Shown here piece after piece: positions 52,882 to 61,115 of a stretch of 64,000 nucleotides of DNA. Source of the stretch: an uncultured Christensenella sp. GTDB taxonomy: Bacteria > Bacillota > Clostridia > Christensenellales > Borkfalkiaceae. Positions within the stretch are counted from its first letter, which is position 1. Each line of letters begins with the position of its first letter. Location of the stretch: NCBI GenBank assembly GCA_910586245.1, contig CAJUFY010000004.1, forward strand, positions 32,573 through 96,572. Direction: 5' to 3'. The notes beneath the pieces are model-generated. The model was given only the letters and a program-made list of their open reading frames with translations. It searched no databases and had not been told where the DNA came from. The position numbers were made by a program, and so were the translations under genes.

Positions 52882-53856
52882 ATGTGTACAGCTGCAACCT
52901 ATCTGACGAACCACTTTTACTTCGGGCGCACGCTCGATCTTCATTTTTCTTACGGGGAAGAAGTCGTGATTACGCCGCGCAATTTCCCTTTTTCTTTTTA
53001 CGGAGCGGGGGAGCGGAAACGCCATTACGCAATGATCGGCACGGCGTTCGTTCCGGACGGATTTCCGCTCTATTACGATGCGGTCAACGAAAAAGGACTT
53101 TGCATGGCGGGATTGAATTTCGTCGGGAACGCGCGTTATTTTCCGGACCGTGCAGACCGTTGTAACGTTGCGCAGTACGAGCTGATACCTTTTTTGCTGG
53201 GGGATTGCGCAAGCGTGGCGGAAGCGAAAAAAGCGTTGAAAACCGTCAACGTGACGGCGCGTCCGTATTCCTCCGACCTGCACGCTGCGGAATTGCATTG
53301 GCTGATTGCCGACAAAAAGGAGGCGTTCGTACTGGAATGCGTGGAGGAGGGTATGAAGATTTACGAAAATCCCGTAGGCGTTCTCGCGAATAATCCGCCC
53401 TTTCCGATGCAGACGTTCCGCTTGAACGATTACATGCGGCTCTCGCCCAAACAGCCGCGCAACGCGTTTTGCAAAAAACTCGGATTAAAACCGTACAGCC
53501 TCGGCATGGGCGGAATCGGGCTTCCGGGCGATCTTTCGTCGCCGTCCCGCTTCGTGCGGACGGCGTTTGCGCGGCTGAATTCCGTTTCCGGGACTTCGGA
53601 GGAGGAAAGCGTGAGCCAGTTTTTTCACGTCCTCGGCGCGGTGGAACAGCCCCGCGGCTGTAACGAAGCGGAGGATGGTTATGAATATACCGTGTATACC
53701 TCGTGCTGCAATGCCGATACGGGCGTGTATTACTATTCGACGTACGAAAACCGTTGTTTGACCGCCGTCGACTTGCGGCGTGCGGATTTACAGGGCGCAG
53801 CGCTCTTCCGCTATCCGCACGTGCGGCGGCAGAACGTAATTTTGCAAAACGGCTGA
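52882..53856 (+). CDS. Choloylglycine hydrolase family Ntn-hydrolase (bile salt hydrolase / penicillin V acylase)
   Basis: ATG 52882 follows GAGAGGAG. The N-terminus is MCTAATY (catalytic Cys2). Also FGRTLD, YYDAVNEKGL, NNPPF. Confidence 0.85.
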   Translation: MCTAATYLTNHFYFGRTLDLHFSYGEEVVITPRNFPFSFYGAGERKRHYAMIGTAFVPDGFPLYYDAVNEKGLCMAGLNFVGNARYFPDRADRCNVAQYELIPFLLGDCASVAEAKKALKTVNVTARPYSSDLHAAELHWLIADKKEAFVLECVEEGMKIYENPVGVLANNPPFPMQTFRLNDYMRLSPKQPRNAFCKKLGLKPYSLGMGGIGLPGDLSSPSRFVRTAFARLNSVSGTSEEESVSQFFHVLGAVEQPRGCNEAEDGYEYTVYTSCCNADTGVYYYSTYENRCLTAVDLRRADLQGAALFRYPHVRRQNVILQNG

Positions 53857-53978
53857 GCGGTTTGTTTCGGCGCAAATAGACGGAATTCGACGACATTCGC
53901 GAATTTTTTCGCAAAAAGGAATGGTATTCTGTCTTTCGCGCTCCGCTCCCGTTGGGCTTTACATAGGAGGTGGAGTTG

Positions 53979-54749
53979 ATGTTGCAAAAAGTAGTGATCT
54001 GCGGGGTGGATACTTCGGGACTGCCCAAATTGAGCGCGAAGGAAAACGACGAACTGATGAAGCGGTTAAAAGCGGGCGACGAAAAGGCGCGCGAAACGTT
54101 TATCGTGGGGAACATGCGGCTGGTGCTTTCGCTCGTGAAGCGGTTCTGGGCAAAGAACGCGAATGCGGACGACGTGTTTCAGGCGGGATGCGTGGGGTTG
54201 ATCAAGGCGATCGATAACTTTAATCTGAGCTTTAACGTGAAGTTTTCGACTTACGCCGTGCCTATGATTCTGGGGGAGATCAAGCGTTTTCTGCGGGACG
54301 GCAACAGCCTGCGCGTTTCGCGTTCCATTCGCGACACGGCTTACAAAATTTTGAAGGTGCGCGAGGGGATCGAAGAGCGCGACGAAGAAGCGACGATCGA
54401 GCGCATCGCACGCGAAATGCAGGTGGCGGAACGCGAAGTCGTATACGCGCTCGACGCGATTTCCGATCCCGTGTCGCTGTACGAGCCGGTCTATAACAAA
54501 TCGGGGGATACGTTGCAGCTGCTCGATCAGCTCTACGACGAATCGCAGAGCGAAACGGTCTGGACGGAACGGGTCGCCCTGCGCGAGGCGATCAACCGTT
54601 TGACCGACCGCGAGCGCAAGATTCTGACGCTGCGCTATTACGAGGGCAAGACGCAGACGGAAATTTCCGCCGAAGTCGGCATTTCGCAGGCGCAGGTTTC
54701 AAGATTGGAAAAGACGGCGCTCAAACAGATCAAAGCGAATATTTCGTAA
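53979..54749 (+). CDS. sigG: Sporulation sigma factor SigG (forespore, late)
   Basis: ATG 53979 lies 8 nt after AGGAGG. KVVICGVDTSGLPKL...GNMRLVLSLVKRF...KFSTYAVPMILGEIKRFLRD..LRVSRS closely parallels B. subtilis SigG (KVEICGVDTSKLP...). Confidence 0.85.
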   Translation: MLQKVVICGVDTSGLPKLSAKENDELMKRLKAGDEKARETFIVGNMRLVLSLVKRFWAKNANADDVFQAGCVGLIKAIDNFNLSFNVKFSTYAVPMILGEIKRFLRDGNSLRVSRSIRDTAYKILKVREGIEERDEEATIERIAREMQVAEREVVYALDAISDPVSLYEPVYNKSGDTLQLLDQLYDESQSETVWTERVALREAINRLTDRERKILTLRYYEGKTQTEISAEVGISQAQVSRLEKTALKQIKANIS

Positions 54750-54754
54750 AACGC

Positions 54755-54785
54755 AGTCCGCCCGGGTTCGGGCGGACTTTTCCGC
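54755..54785 (+). terminator. Rho-independent terminator after sigG
   Basis: AGTCCGCCCG-GGTT-CGGGCGGACT followed by TTTTCC. Confidence 0.75.
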
Positions 54786-54814
54786 TTTACAAAGGAAGAA
54801 AACCGTGTTATACT
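54786..54814 (+). promoter_or_regulatory. Extended -10 promoter placing the transcription start at the ATG of the HMA-domain gene
   Basis: TTTACA (54786-54791), 17 nt ending in TGT, TATACT (54809-54814), then 6 nt (GTCCGT) to ATG 54821. No SD. Confidence 0.55.
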
Positions 54815-54820
54815 GTCCGT

Positions 54821-55045
54821 ATGAAAAAAGTGATCGAAACGGAAGGCATGTGCTGCAAACGCTGTGCGGAACGCGTCGAAAAAAAGCTCCGTCTTTTGGA
54901 AGGGGTTGCGGGCGCGAAAGCGAATTATAAAAAGGGAATCGTGTTCGTAGAAAGCAACTTGCCCGACGAAGCGCTCGTGTCTTGCGTGACGGAAGCGGGG
55001 TTCGGGGTGAAACTCATTCGTCCGCGCAAAGGCATTTTCGGATAA
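54821..55045 (+). CDS. Heavy-metal-associated (HMA) domain protein, CopZ-like metallochaperone
   Basis: 74 aa. GMCCKRC metal-binding loop (GMxCxxC type). Ferredoxin-like length and pattern. Confidence 0.75.
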   Translation: MKKVIETEGMCCKRCAERVEKKLRLLEGVAGAKANYKKGIVFVESNLPDEALVSCVTEAGFGVKLIRPRKGIFG

Positions 55046-55060
55046 ATTTCCGCAAAACGC

Positions 55061-55089
55061 TTTACTTTTGCGGCGGGAAAGGGTATAAT
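55061..55089 (+). promoter_or_regulatory. Promoter of the ileS leader
   Basis: TTTACT (55061-55066), 17 nt, TATAAT (55084-55089). Confidence 0.6.
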
Positions 55090-55094
55090 CAAAG

Positions 55095-55328
55095 AAATAT
55101 CAGGCGTTTACAGAGGACGCGTCCGATGCGATGCAAAGTCTGCAGAGAGCCCCGCAAAGGTGAAAGGGGGCGGCGGAGCGGCATTCGGGTATCACCTTTC
55201 AGCCTGCGGGGAGAAATTCGAGTAACTCCGCACGGGTTCGCAGTCCGTTATCTCTGCGGCAAATGATCGTTTGTTTTGGTGGTTTAGTATGCCTTCGCGT
55301 ATTCCGAAACGCGGAGGCTTTTTATATT
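55095..55328 (+). promoter_or_regulatory. T-box riboswitch leader, isoleucine specifier (AUC)
   Basis: AGAGA (55144-55148). Specifier AUC followed by A (55191-55194). F-box-like CCGTTA (55245-55250). T-box core TGGTGGT (55277-55283). Terminator GCCTTCGCG...CGCGGAGGC (55291-55318) followed by TTTTTATATTT. Lies directly upstream of ileS. Confidence 0.8.
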
Positions 55329-55347
55329 TAAATTCTGAGGTGAAAAT

Positions 55348-58300
55348 ATGTATCGTAAGGTGGATACCTCGCTCAATTTCGTGGAGCGGGAACGGGAAAT
55401 CATCGAATTCTGGAAAGAGAACGGGGTGTTTGAAAAATCCGTGGAAAAGAACGCTGGCGGCGAGGAATTTTCCTTCTTCGACGGGCCGCCCACGGCGAAC
55501 GGAAAACCGCACATCGGGCATATTTTAACGCGCGTCATGAAGGATATCATCCCGCGCTATCAGACGATGAAGGGCAAGCACGTTTTGCGCAAAGCGGGCT
55601 GGGATACGCACGGTTTGCCCGTGGAACTCGAAGTGGAAAAGACGCTCGGGCTGGACGGAAAAAAGCAGATCGAGGAATACGGCATCGAGCCCTTTAACAA
55701 GCAGTGCAAGCAATCGGTTTGGAAGTACCAGAACGAGTGGGAAAAGATGAGCGACCGCGTGGGGTACTGGGTGGATATGGAAAACCCTTACGTCACTTAT
55801 CACGACGATTATATCGAATCGGAATGGTGGGCGCTCAAAGAAATTAATAAAAAAGGGCTTCTATACAAGGGGCACAAGATCGTTCCGTACTGCCCGCGCT
55901 GCGGAACGGCGATTTCTTCGCACGAAGTGGCACAGGGTTATAAATCGGTAAAAGAAACTTCCGCCGTCGCGCGTTTCCGCGTCAAGGGCAGGGAAAACGT
56001 CTATATTCTCGCCTGGACGACGACGCCCTGGACGCTTCCCTCCAACGTGGCGCTGTGCATGAATCCGAACGAAACGTACGTGGAACTCGTTTCGGAAGGA
56101 ACGCATTACGTGCTTGCCGAAGCGTTGGTTGCAAACTTCTTCGAAGAATACGAAGTGGTGAGTAAAAAGACGGGCAAGGAGTACGAGGGCACGGCGTACG
56201 AACCGCTGTTTTCTTACGCGCAAAACGATTTGCAGGCGACGAAAAACGAATGGAAACGCGTATACGAAGTGGTGTGCGATCCCTACGTCACGCTGACCGA
56301 TGGCACGGGCGTCGTGCATATCGCGCCTGCGTTCGGGCAGGACGATTACAATGTGGGCAGAAATTACGGGCTCCCCGTGATTTCGCTCGTCACCGAACAG
56401 GGCGTATTCGACGGGCGCTGCCCCGAACTCAACGGTTTGTTCATCAAAAAGGCAGATAAAGTCGTACTCGATTTACTTAAAGCGCAGGGGAAGCTCTTCC
56501 GCGCCCTGCCCTTCGAACACGATTATCCGCATTGCTGGCGGTGCGATACGCCGCTCATGTATTACGCGCGTTCGAGCTGGTTTATCAGGACGACGGCGGT
56601 CAAAGACCGCCTGATCGCCGCAAACCGTTCGGTCAACTGGATGCCCGAAACCATCAAAGAAGGGCGCATGGGCAATTTCCTCGAAAACGTGATCGACTGG
56701 GGGCTGTCGCGCGACCGCTACTGGGGGACGCCCCTGCCCGTTTGGGTCTGCGACGGTTGCGGCGAAATCGAAGTGATCGGGTCGAAAGCGGAGCTGAAAG
56801 AAAAGTGCGGTGCGTCCGAAGCGGTCGAACTGCACCGCCCGTATCTCGACAATTTAACGTGCAAATGCCCCAAGTGCGGCTCGGCGATGAAGCGTACGCC
56901 CGAAGTCATCGACTGTTGGTTCGATTCCGGCTCCATGCCCTTCGCGCAGTACCATTATCCGTTCGAAAATCGCGATTTGTTCGAAAAGACGTTTCCCGCC
57001 GATTTCATTTCGGAAGCCGTCGATCAGACGCGCGGCTGGTTTTATACTTTGCTCGTGATTTCCACCATTCTGTTCGACCGTGCGCCCTTTAAAAACTGTA
57101 TCGTGCTGGGGCACGTGAACGACGCGAACGGCGTGAAAATGAGCAAGCACAAGGGCAACGTGGTCGACCCGTGGAGCGTGCTCGACAAACAGGGCGCCGA
57201 CGCGGTGCGCTGGTACTTTTACACCAACAGCGCGCCCTGGGTACCTTCCCGCTTCGGCGAGGAAGCCGTTTCCGAAGTGCAGCGCAAATTCCAGGGCACG
57301 CTCTGGAACACCTACGCGTTCTTTACGTTGTACGCCGAAATCGACGGTTACAATCCCGCGGAATACGATCTGAAAACATGCAAACTGTCCCTCATGGACA
57401 AATGGGTGCTCAGCAAGCTCAATACGCTCGTCAAGCGCGTGGACGGCTATCTTGCCGAATATAACATTACGGACGGCGCGCGCGAGATTCAGGAATTTTC
57501 GGACGAACTTTCTAACTGGTACGTCCGTCGCGGGCGGGACAGATACTGGGGCAGCAAAATGACGGAGGATAAGGCGGCGGCGTATACCACGCTGTATCAC
57601 GTGCTCGTGACGCTTGCAAAGCTCACCGCGCCCTACACGCCGTTTATGGCGGAAATGATGTACCGCAATCTCGTGCCTGCGTTCGACGCCTCCGAGCCCG
57701 TTTCCGTGCATCTGTGCGCATTCCCCGCGTGCGACGATCGGGCAATCGACGGCGCGCTTGAAGCCGGCATGCAGGACGTTCTGGACGTCGTAACGCTGGG
57801 CAGAGCGGCGCGCAATGCAGGCTCGGTCAAGAACCGTCAGCCCCTTTCCGAAATGGTGGTGTCCTGCGAACGCAAACTTGCGCTTGCGGGCGAACTCGAA
57901 GCGGTTGCGCTCGACGAACTGAACGTGAAAAAGTTGCGTCTTGCAAAGGACGGCGAACAACTCGTATGCTATTCGTTGAAGCCCCAGCTGCGAACGCTCG
58001 GCCCCAAATACGGCAAAAAGCTGAAAGCGATTACGGATTTTCTGAATACCTGCAACGCGGGCGAGGTGGTTGCCGCGGTCAAAGGGGGCGGCGCGTACAC
58101 AGTCGATTTGGACGGCGAAGTCGTGCTCTTTGAAGAGGATCTGCAAATCTTTACGCAATCGGCGGAAGGTTACGTTTCCGCGGCGGACAAGGGGATTACG
58201 GTGGCGCTGAATACCGCGCTGACCGAGGATTTGCTCGACGAAGGCTGCGCGCGCGAACTCGTTTCCCGCATTCAGACGATGCGCAAGGAAGCGGGATTCG

Positions 58301-58485
58301 AAGTGACCGACCGCATTGCTGTCTATTACGAGGCGGAAGGCAGAGCGCGGAAGATGCTTGCGCAAGGCGGGATTGCCGCCGACGTGCTTGCAGACCGCAT
58401 TGTAGAAGGCAATGCGGAAGGGTATACGAAGCCGCTTGAAATCAACGGCGACAAAGTTACGCTGACCGTCGTAAAATTGAGTTGA
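55348..58485 (+). CDS. ileS: Isoleucyl-tRNA synthetase, long type-2 form (1045 aa)
   Basis: PPTANGKPHIGH (HIGH), KMSKHKGN (KMSKS), an editing-domain insertion and a long C-terminal extension. Confidence 0.95.
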   Translation: MYRKVDTSLNFVEREREIIEFWKENGVFEKSVEKNAGGEEFSFFDGPPTANGKPHIGHILTRVMKDIIPRYQTMKGKHVLRKAGWDTHGLPVELEVEKTLGLDGKKQIEEYGIEPFNKQCKQSVWKYQNEWEKMSDRVGYWVDMENPYVTYHDDYIESEWWALKEINKKGLLYKGHKIVPYCPRCGTAISSHEVAQGYKSVKETSAVARFRVKGRENVYILAWTTTPWTLPSNVALCMNPNETYVELVSEGTHYVLAEALVANFFEEYEVVSKKTGKEYEGTAYEPLFSYAQNDLQATKNEWKRVYEVVCDPYVTLTDGTGVVHIAPAFGQDDYNVGRNYGLPVISLVTEQGVFDGRCPELNGLFIKKADKVVLDLLKAQGKLFRALPFEHDYPHCWRCDTPLMYYARSSWFIRTTAVKDRLIAANRSVNWMPETIKEGRMGNFLENVIDWGLSRDRYWGTPLPVWVCDGCGEIEVIGSKAELKEKCGASEAVELHRPYLDNLTCKCPKCGSAMKRTPEVIDCWFDSGSMPFAQYHYPFENRDLFEKTFPADFISEAVDQTRGWFYTLLVISTILFDRAPFKNCIVLGHVNDANGVKMSKHKGNVVDPWSVLDKQGADAVRWYFYTNSAPWVPSRFGEEAVSEVQRKFQGTLWNTYAFFTLYAEIDGYNPAEYDLKTCKLSLMDKWVLSKLNTLVKRVDGYLAEYNITDGAREIQEFSDELSNWYVRRGRDRYWGSKMTEDKAAAYTTLYHVLVTLAKLTAPYTPFMAEMMYRNLVPAFDASEPVSVHLCAFPACDDRAIDGALEAGMQDVLDVVTLGRAARNAGSVKNRQPLSEMVVSCERKLALAGELEAVALDELNVKKLRLAKDGEQLVCYSLKPQLRTLGPKYGKKLKAITDFLNTCNAGEVVAAVKGGGAYTVDLDGEVVLFEEDLQIFTQSAEGYVSAADKGITVALNTALTEDLLDEGCARELVSRIQTMRKEAGFEVTDRIAVYYEAEGRARKMLAQGGIAADVLADRIVEGNAEGYTKPLEINGDKVTLTVVKLS

Positions 58486-58496
58486 CAAAAAAGATC

Positions 58497-58531
58497 GGAG
58501 CGCCGACGGATTTTCCGTCGGCGCCCTTTTG
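58497..58531. terminator. Bidirectional hairpin terminator
   Basis: GCGCCGACGG-ATTTT-CCGTCGGCGC followed by CCTTTTG. Confidence 0.8.
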
Positions 58532-58534
58532 CAG

Positions 58535-59446
58535 TTACCGTTTTTTCTCTGCTCTGCGCTTGTCGTTGATCAGCGTCAACGCGGGTTCGTCGATCAGCGA
58601 AATTCCCTCTTCTTTGGCAATGCTCACCATTTGCGTAAGTGCCGCTTTTAAAAAGATCCGCGGGATTTTCGTGAGTTTTGCGCACGCTTCGTCGGTAAAT
58701 TTTACGGCGGGATCGATGCGCGAAGCCGCGTATTTGACCGATTGCAGATCGCCCTCTTTCGCCTGAACTTTTTCGGGTTTGGGCTTTTTGAACGGGGAGT
58801 ACCAAAAATTCGTGCTGTCGCGGTAGCCGTAGTCCACGGGCAGGGCGGGGAAATCTTTCGCCTTCACGCCGCCGATGATTGATTGATAGTATTTTTCTTT
58901 CATCAGAATTTTATCGATCTTCAAAATGAAATGCGCGCCGAATTTGCTCGTGATTCCGTTGAAATTGCGGTAGGGCGGCGGGTAGCCCTCCGTATAGCCC
59001 GCTCTGTCCTGCGCGGCGTTTTCAAGACTCCCGTCCCAACTGCATTCGAAGACCTGAAAGGCTTCCTTGATTACTTTGGGACGAACGCCTTCGGCAAGCC
59101 CCGTTTCAAGCGTAAAAAGACACCGTTTCATTTTTTCCTCCGTCGCTTCTCCGGGGAATCCCAGCCGTACGGCTTCGCGGAAATATTTCGGATTATCTGG
59201 AATAAAATTGAGGGAAACTTTGCTGCCGCGCAAAATGTTCTGCGCCGTGTTCGAATTGTTGCGGCATTCCAGAATCATGGCGTAGTACTCTTTTCCCGCA
59301 ACGTAATAGGGGAAACAGAGCGAATATGCGCCCAGATTGGTTTCCCCCGTTTCCGAAAGCGTTCCAACGAGGATCGTGGGCATCGGGAAAAATGCGGAAG
59401 TCTGGTAAAAATTATCTACGATGCGTAAGTCTTTGAAATCGGACAT
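58535..59446 (-). CDS. Flavin reductase-like (split-barrel FMN-binding) domain protein with a C-terminal PCP_red-like helical domain
   Basis: ATG 59446 (MSDFKD) lies 5 nt after GGAGG. FPMPTILVGTLSETGETNLGAYSL resembles the flavin reductase-like fold. The C-terminal FTDEACAKLTKIPRIFLKAALTQMVSIAKEEGISLI resembles the PCP_red domain. Confidence 0.5.
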   Translation of the reverse strand: MSDFKDLRIVDNFYQTSAFFPMPTILVGTLSETGETNLGAYSLCFPYYVAGKEYYAMILECRNNSNTAQNILRGSKVSLNFIPDNPKYFREAVRLGFPGEATEEKMKRCLFTLETGLAEGVRPKVIKEAFQVFECSWDGSLENAAQDRAGYTEGYPPPYRNFNGITSKFGAHFILKIDKILMKEKYYQSIIGGVKAKDFPALPVDYGYRDSTNFWYSPFKKPKPEKVQAKEGDLQSVKYAASRIDPAVKFTDEACAKLTKIPRIFLKAALTQMVSIAKEEGISLIDEPALTLINDKRRAEKKR

Positions 59447-59523
59447 ATTTGCCTCCATAGTATTATTGTATCCCTGCGGAAAGCGTTTTGTCAAGAGCGG
59501 CAATTTGCAGTTTTAAAAAATTT

Positions 59524-59552
59524 GTTTACAAATACCGCGATTTATGGTATAA
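59524..59552 (+). promoter_or_regulatory. Sigma-A promoter of the nrdR-ispG operon
   Basis: TTTACA (59524-59529), 17 nt, TATAAT (59547-59552). Confidence 0.7.
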
Positions 59553-59606
59553 TGAAACTATCAAAGGCGCGCGGACGCGGTTTGCGTTTGTGCGAAGGGG
59601 TACGAA

Positions 59607-60071
59607 ATGCGTTGTATGTATTGTAACTGTACGGAAAGCAAGGTGATCGATTCGCGTTCTGCGGACGACGATAAAACCATTCGCCGCCGCCGCGAATGCA
59701 TGAGCTGCGGAAGAAGATTCACCACTTACGAAACGATCGAAGTTTCGCCGATTCTCGTCGTCAAGGCAGACGGAAACCGTCAGGCGTTCGATATCGGCAA
59801 AATCAAGCGCGGAATCATCAAGGCGTGCGAAAAACGCCCCGTGCCGATCGAAAAGATCGACGAAGTGGTCAACGAAATTTCCAAACAGGTTTACAATTCC
59901 ATGGAACAGGAAGTTTCCTCCAAAGCCATCGGCGAAATGGTGATGGAAGGGTTGAAGGGGCTCGACGAAGTCGCGTACGTGCGTTACGCCTCGGTATACC
60001 GTTCTTTTAAAGATATTTCTTCGTTCATGTCCGAATTGCAGAAAATGATGGAAAAGAAGGACGAAAAATAA
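59607..60071 (+). CDS. nrdR: Transcriptional repressor NrdR (zinc ribbon plus ATP-cone)
   Basis: MRCMYCNCTESKVIDSR...RRRRECMSCGRRFTTYE. Confidence 0.95.
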   Translation: MRCMYCNCTESKVIDSRSADDDKTIRRRRECMSCGRRFTTYETIEVSPILVVKADGNRQAFDIGKIKRGIIKACEKRPVPIEKIDEVVNEISKQVYNSMEQEVSSKAIGEMVMEGLKGLDEVAYVRYASVYRSFKDISSFMSELQKMMEKKDEK

Positions 60072-61115
60072 ATGTCTGAAAAAAAAGTGCAGATCGGCGG
60101 CGTTCTTTTGGGCGGCGGCGATATTGCAGTGCAAAGTATGACGACGGAAAAGACGAGCGGCGTGGAACAGAGCGTCGCTCAAATTCTTCGTCTGGAAGAA
60201 GCGGGCTGCGATCTCGTGCGGGTCGCCGTGTCGGACGAAGCGGACGCGCGCGCGCTCAAACAGATCAAAACGCGCGTACACGCGCCGATCGTTGCCGACG
60301 TACATTTTTCGGCGAAACTCGCCGTACTCGCCGTGGAGTCGGGCGCGGATAAGCTGAGAATCAACCCCGGCAACATCGGCGGCGAGCGGGAAATCGCGCG
60401 GGTCGCCGATTGTTTGAAAGCGCACCGCGTGCCCGTGCGGGTGGGCGCGAACACGGGGAGCATCGAACCGCATTTTCTCGAACGGTACGGCAGGAGCGCG
60501 GAAGCGTTGGTGGAAAGCGCGCTTTTGAACGTCCGTACGCTCGAACGGTGCGGCGTGGAAGATATCGTGATTTCGGTCAAAGCTTCCGACGTGCCGCTCA
60601 CGGTCAAGGCGTACCGTCTGCTGCACGCGCGGTGCGGTTATCCGCTTCATCTCGGCGTGACGGAAGCGGGCACGGAGCGGGCAGGGCGGCTGAAGAGCGC
60701 GATCGGGATCGGCTCGCTGCTGTTGGACGGCATCGGGGATACGATTCGCGTTTCCCTTTCCGCAGATCCCGTGCGGGAAGCGGAGTGCGCGCACGAAATT
60801 CTGCGCGCTTGCGGGCTGGAAACGGACTTTGTGGACGTCGTATCCTGTCCTACTTGCGGGAGGTGCCGTTACGACTGCATGCCGCTTGCCGAAAAAGTGT
60901 CGGCGCGCGTGCGCGGCGTAAAAAAGAAGTTGAAGGTGAGCGTTATGGGCTGCGTGGTAAACGGCCCCGGCGAAGCGCGCGGGTGCGATCTTGGCATCGC
61001 GGGCGGAAGCGAATATTGCGTGATCATACAAAAGGGAAAAGAGGACGAACGCGTGCGCGCGGAGGATGCGGAACGCGCGTTCTTCGAACGTTTGGAAGGA
61101 TTGTTGAAGGAATGA
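60072..61115 (+). CDS. ispG: 4-hydroxy-3-methylbut-2-en-1-yl diphosphate synthase (MEP pathway)
   Basis: LRINPGNIG, VRVGANTGS and the Fe-S cysteines SCPTCGRC...MGCVVNGPGE. Confidence 0.95.
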   Translation: MSEKKVQIGGVLLGGGDIAVQSMTTEKTSGVEQSVAQILRLEEAGCDLVRVAVSDEADARALKQIKTRVHAPIVADVHFSAKLAVLAVESGADKLRINPGNIGGEREIARVADCLKAHRVPVRVGANTGSIEPHFLERYGRSAEALVESALLNVRTLERCGVEDIVISVKASDVPLTVKAYRLLHARCGYPLHLGVTEAGTERAGRLKSAIGIGSLLLDGIGDTIRVSLSADPVREAECAHEILRACGLETDFVDVVSCPTCGRCRYDCMPLAEKVSARVRGVKKKLKVSVMGCVVNGPGEARGCDLGIAGGSEYCVIIQKGKEDERVRAEDAERAFFERLEGLLKE

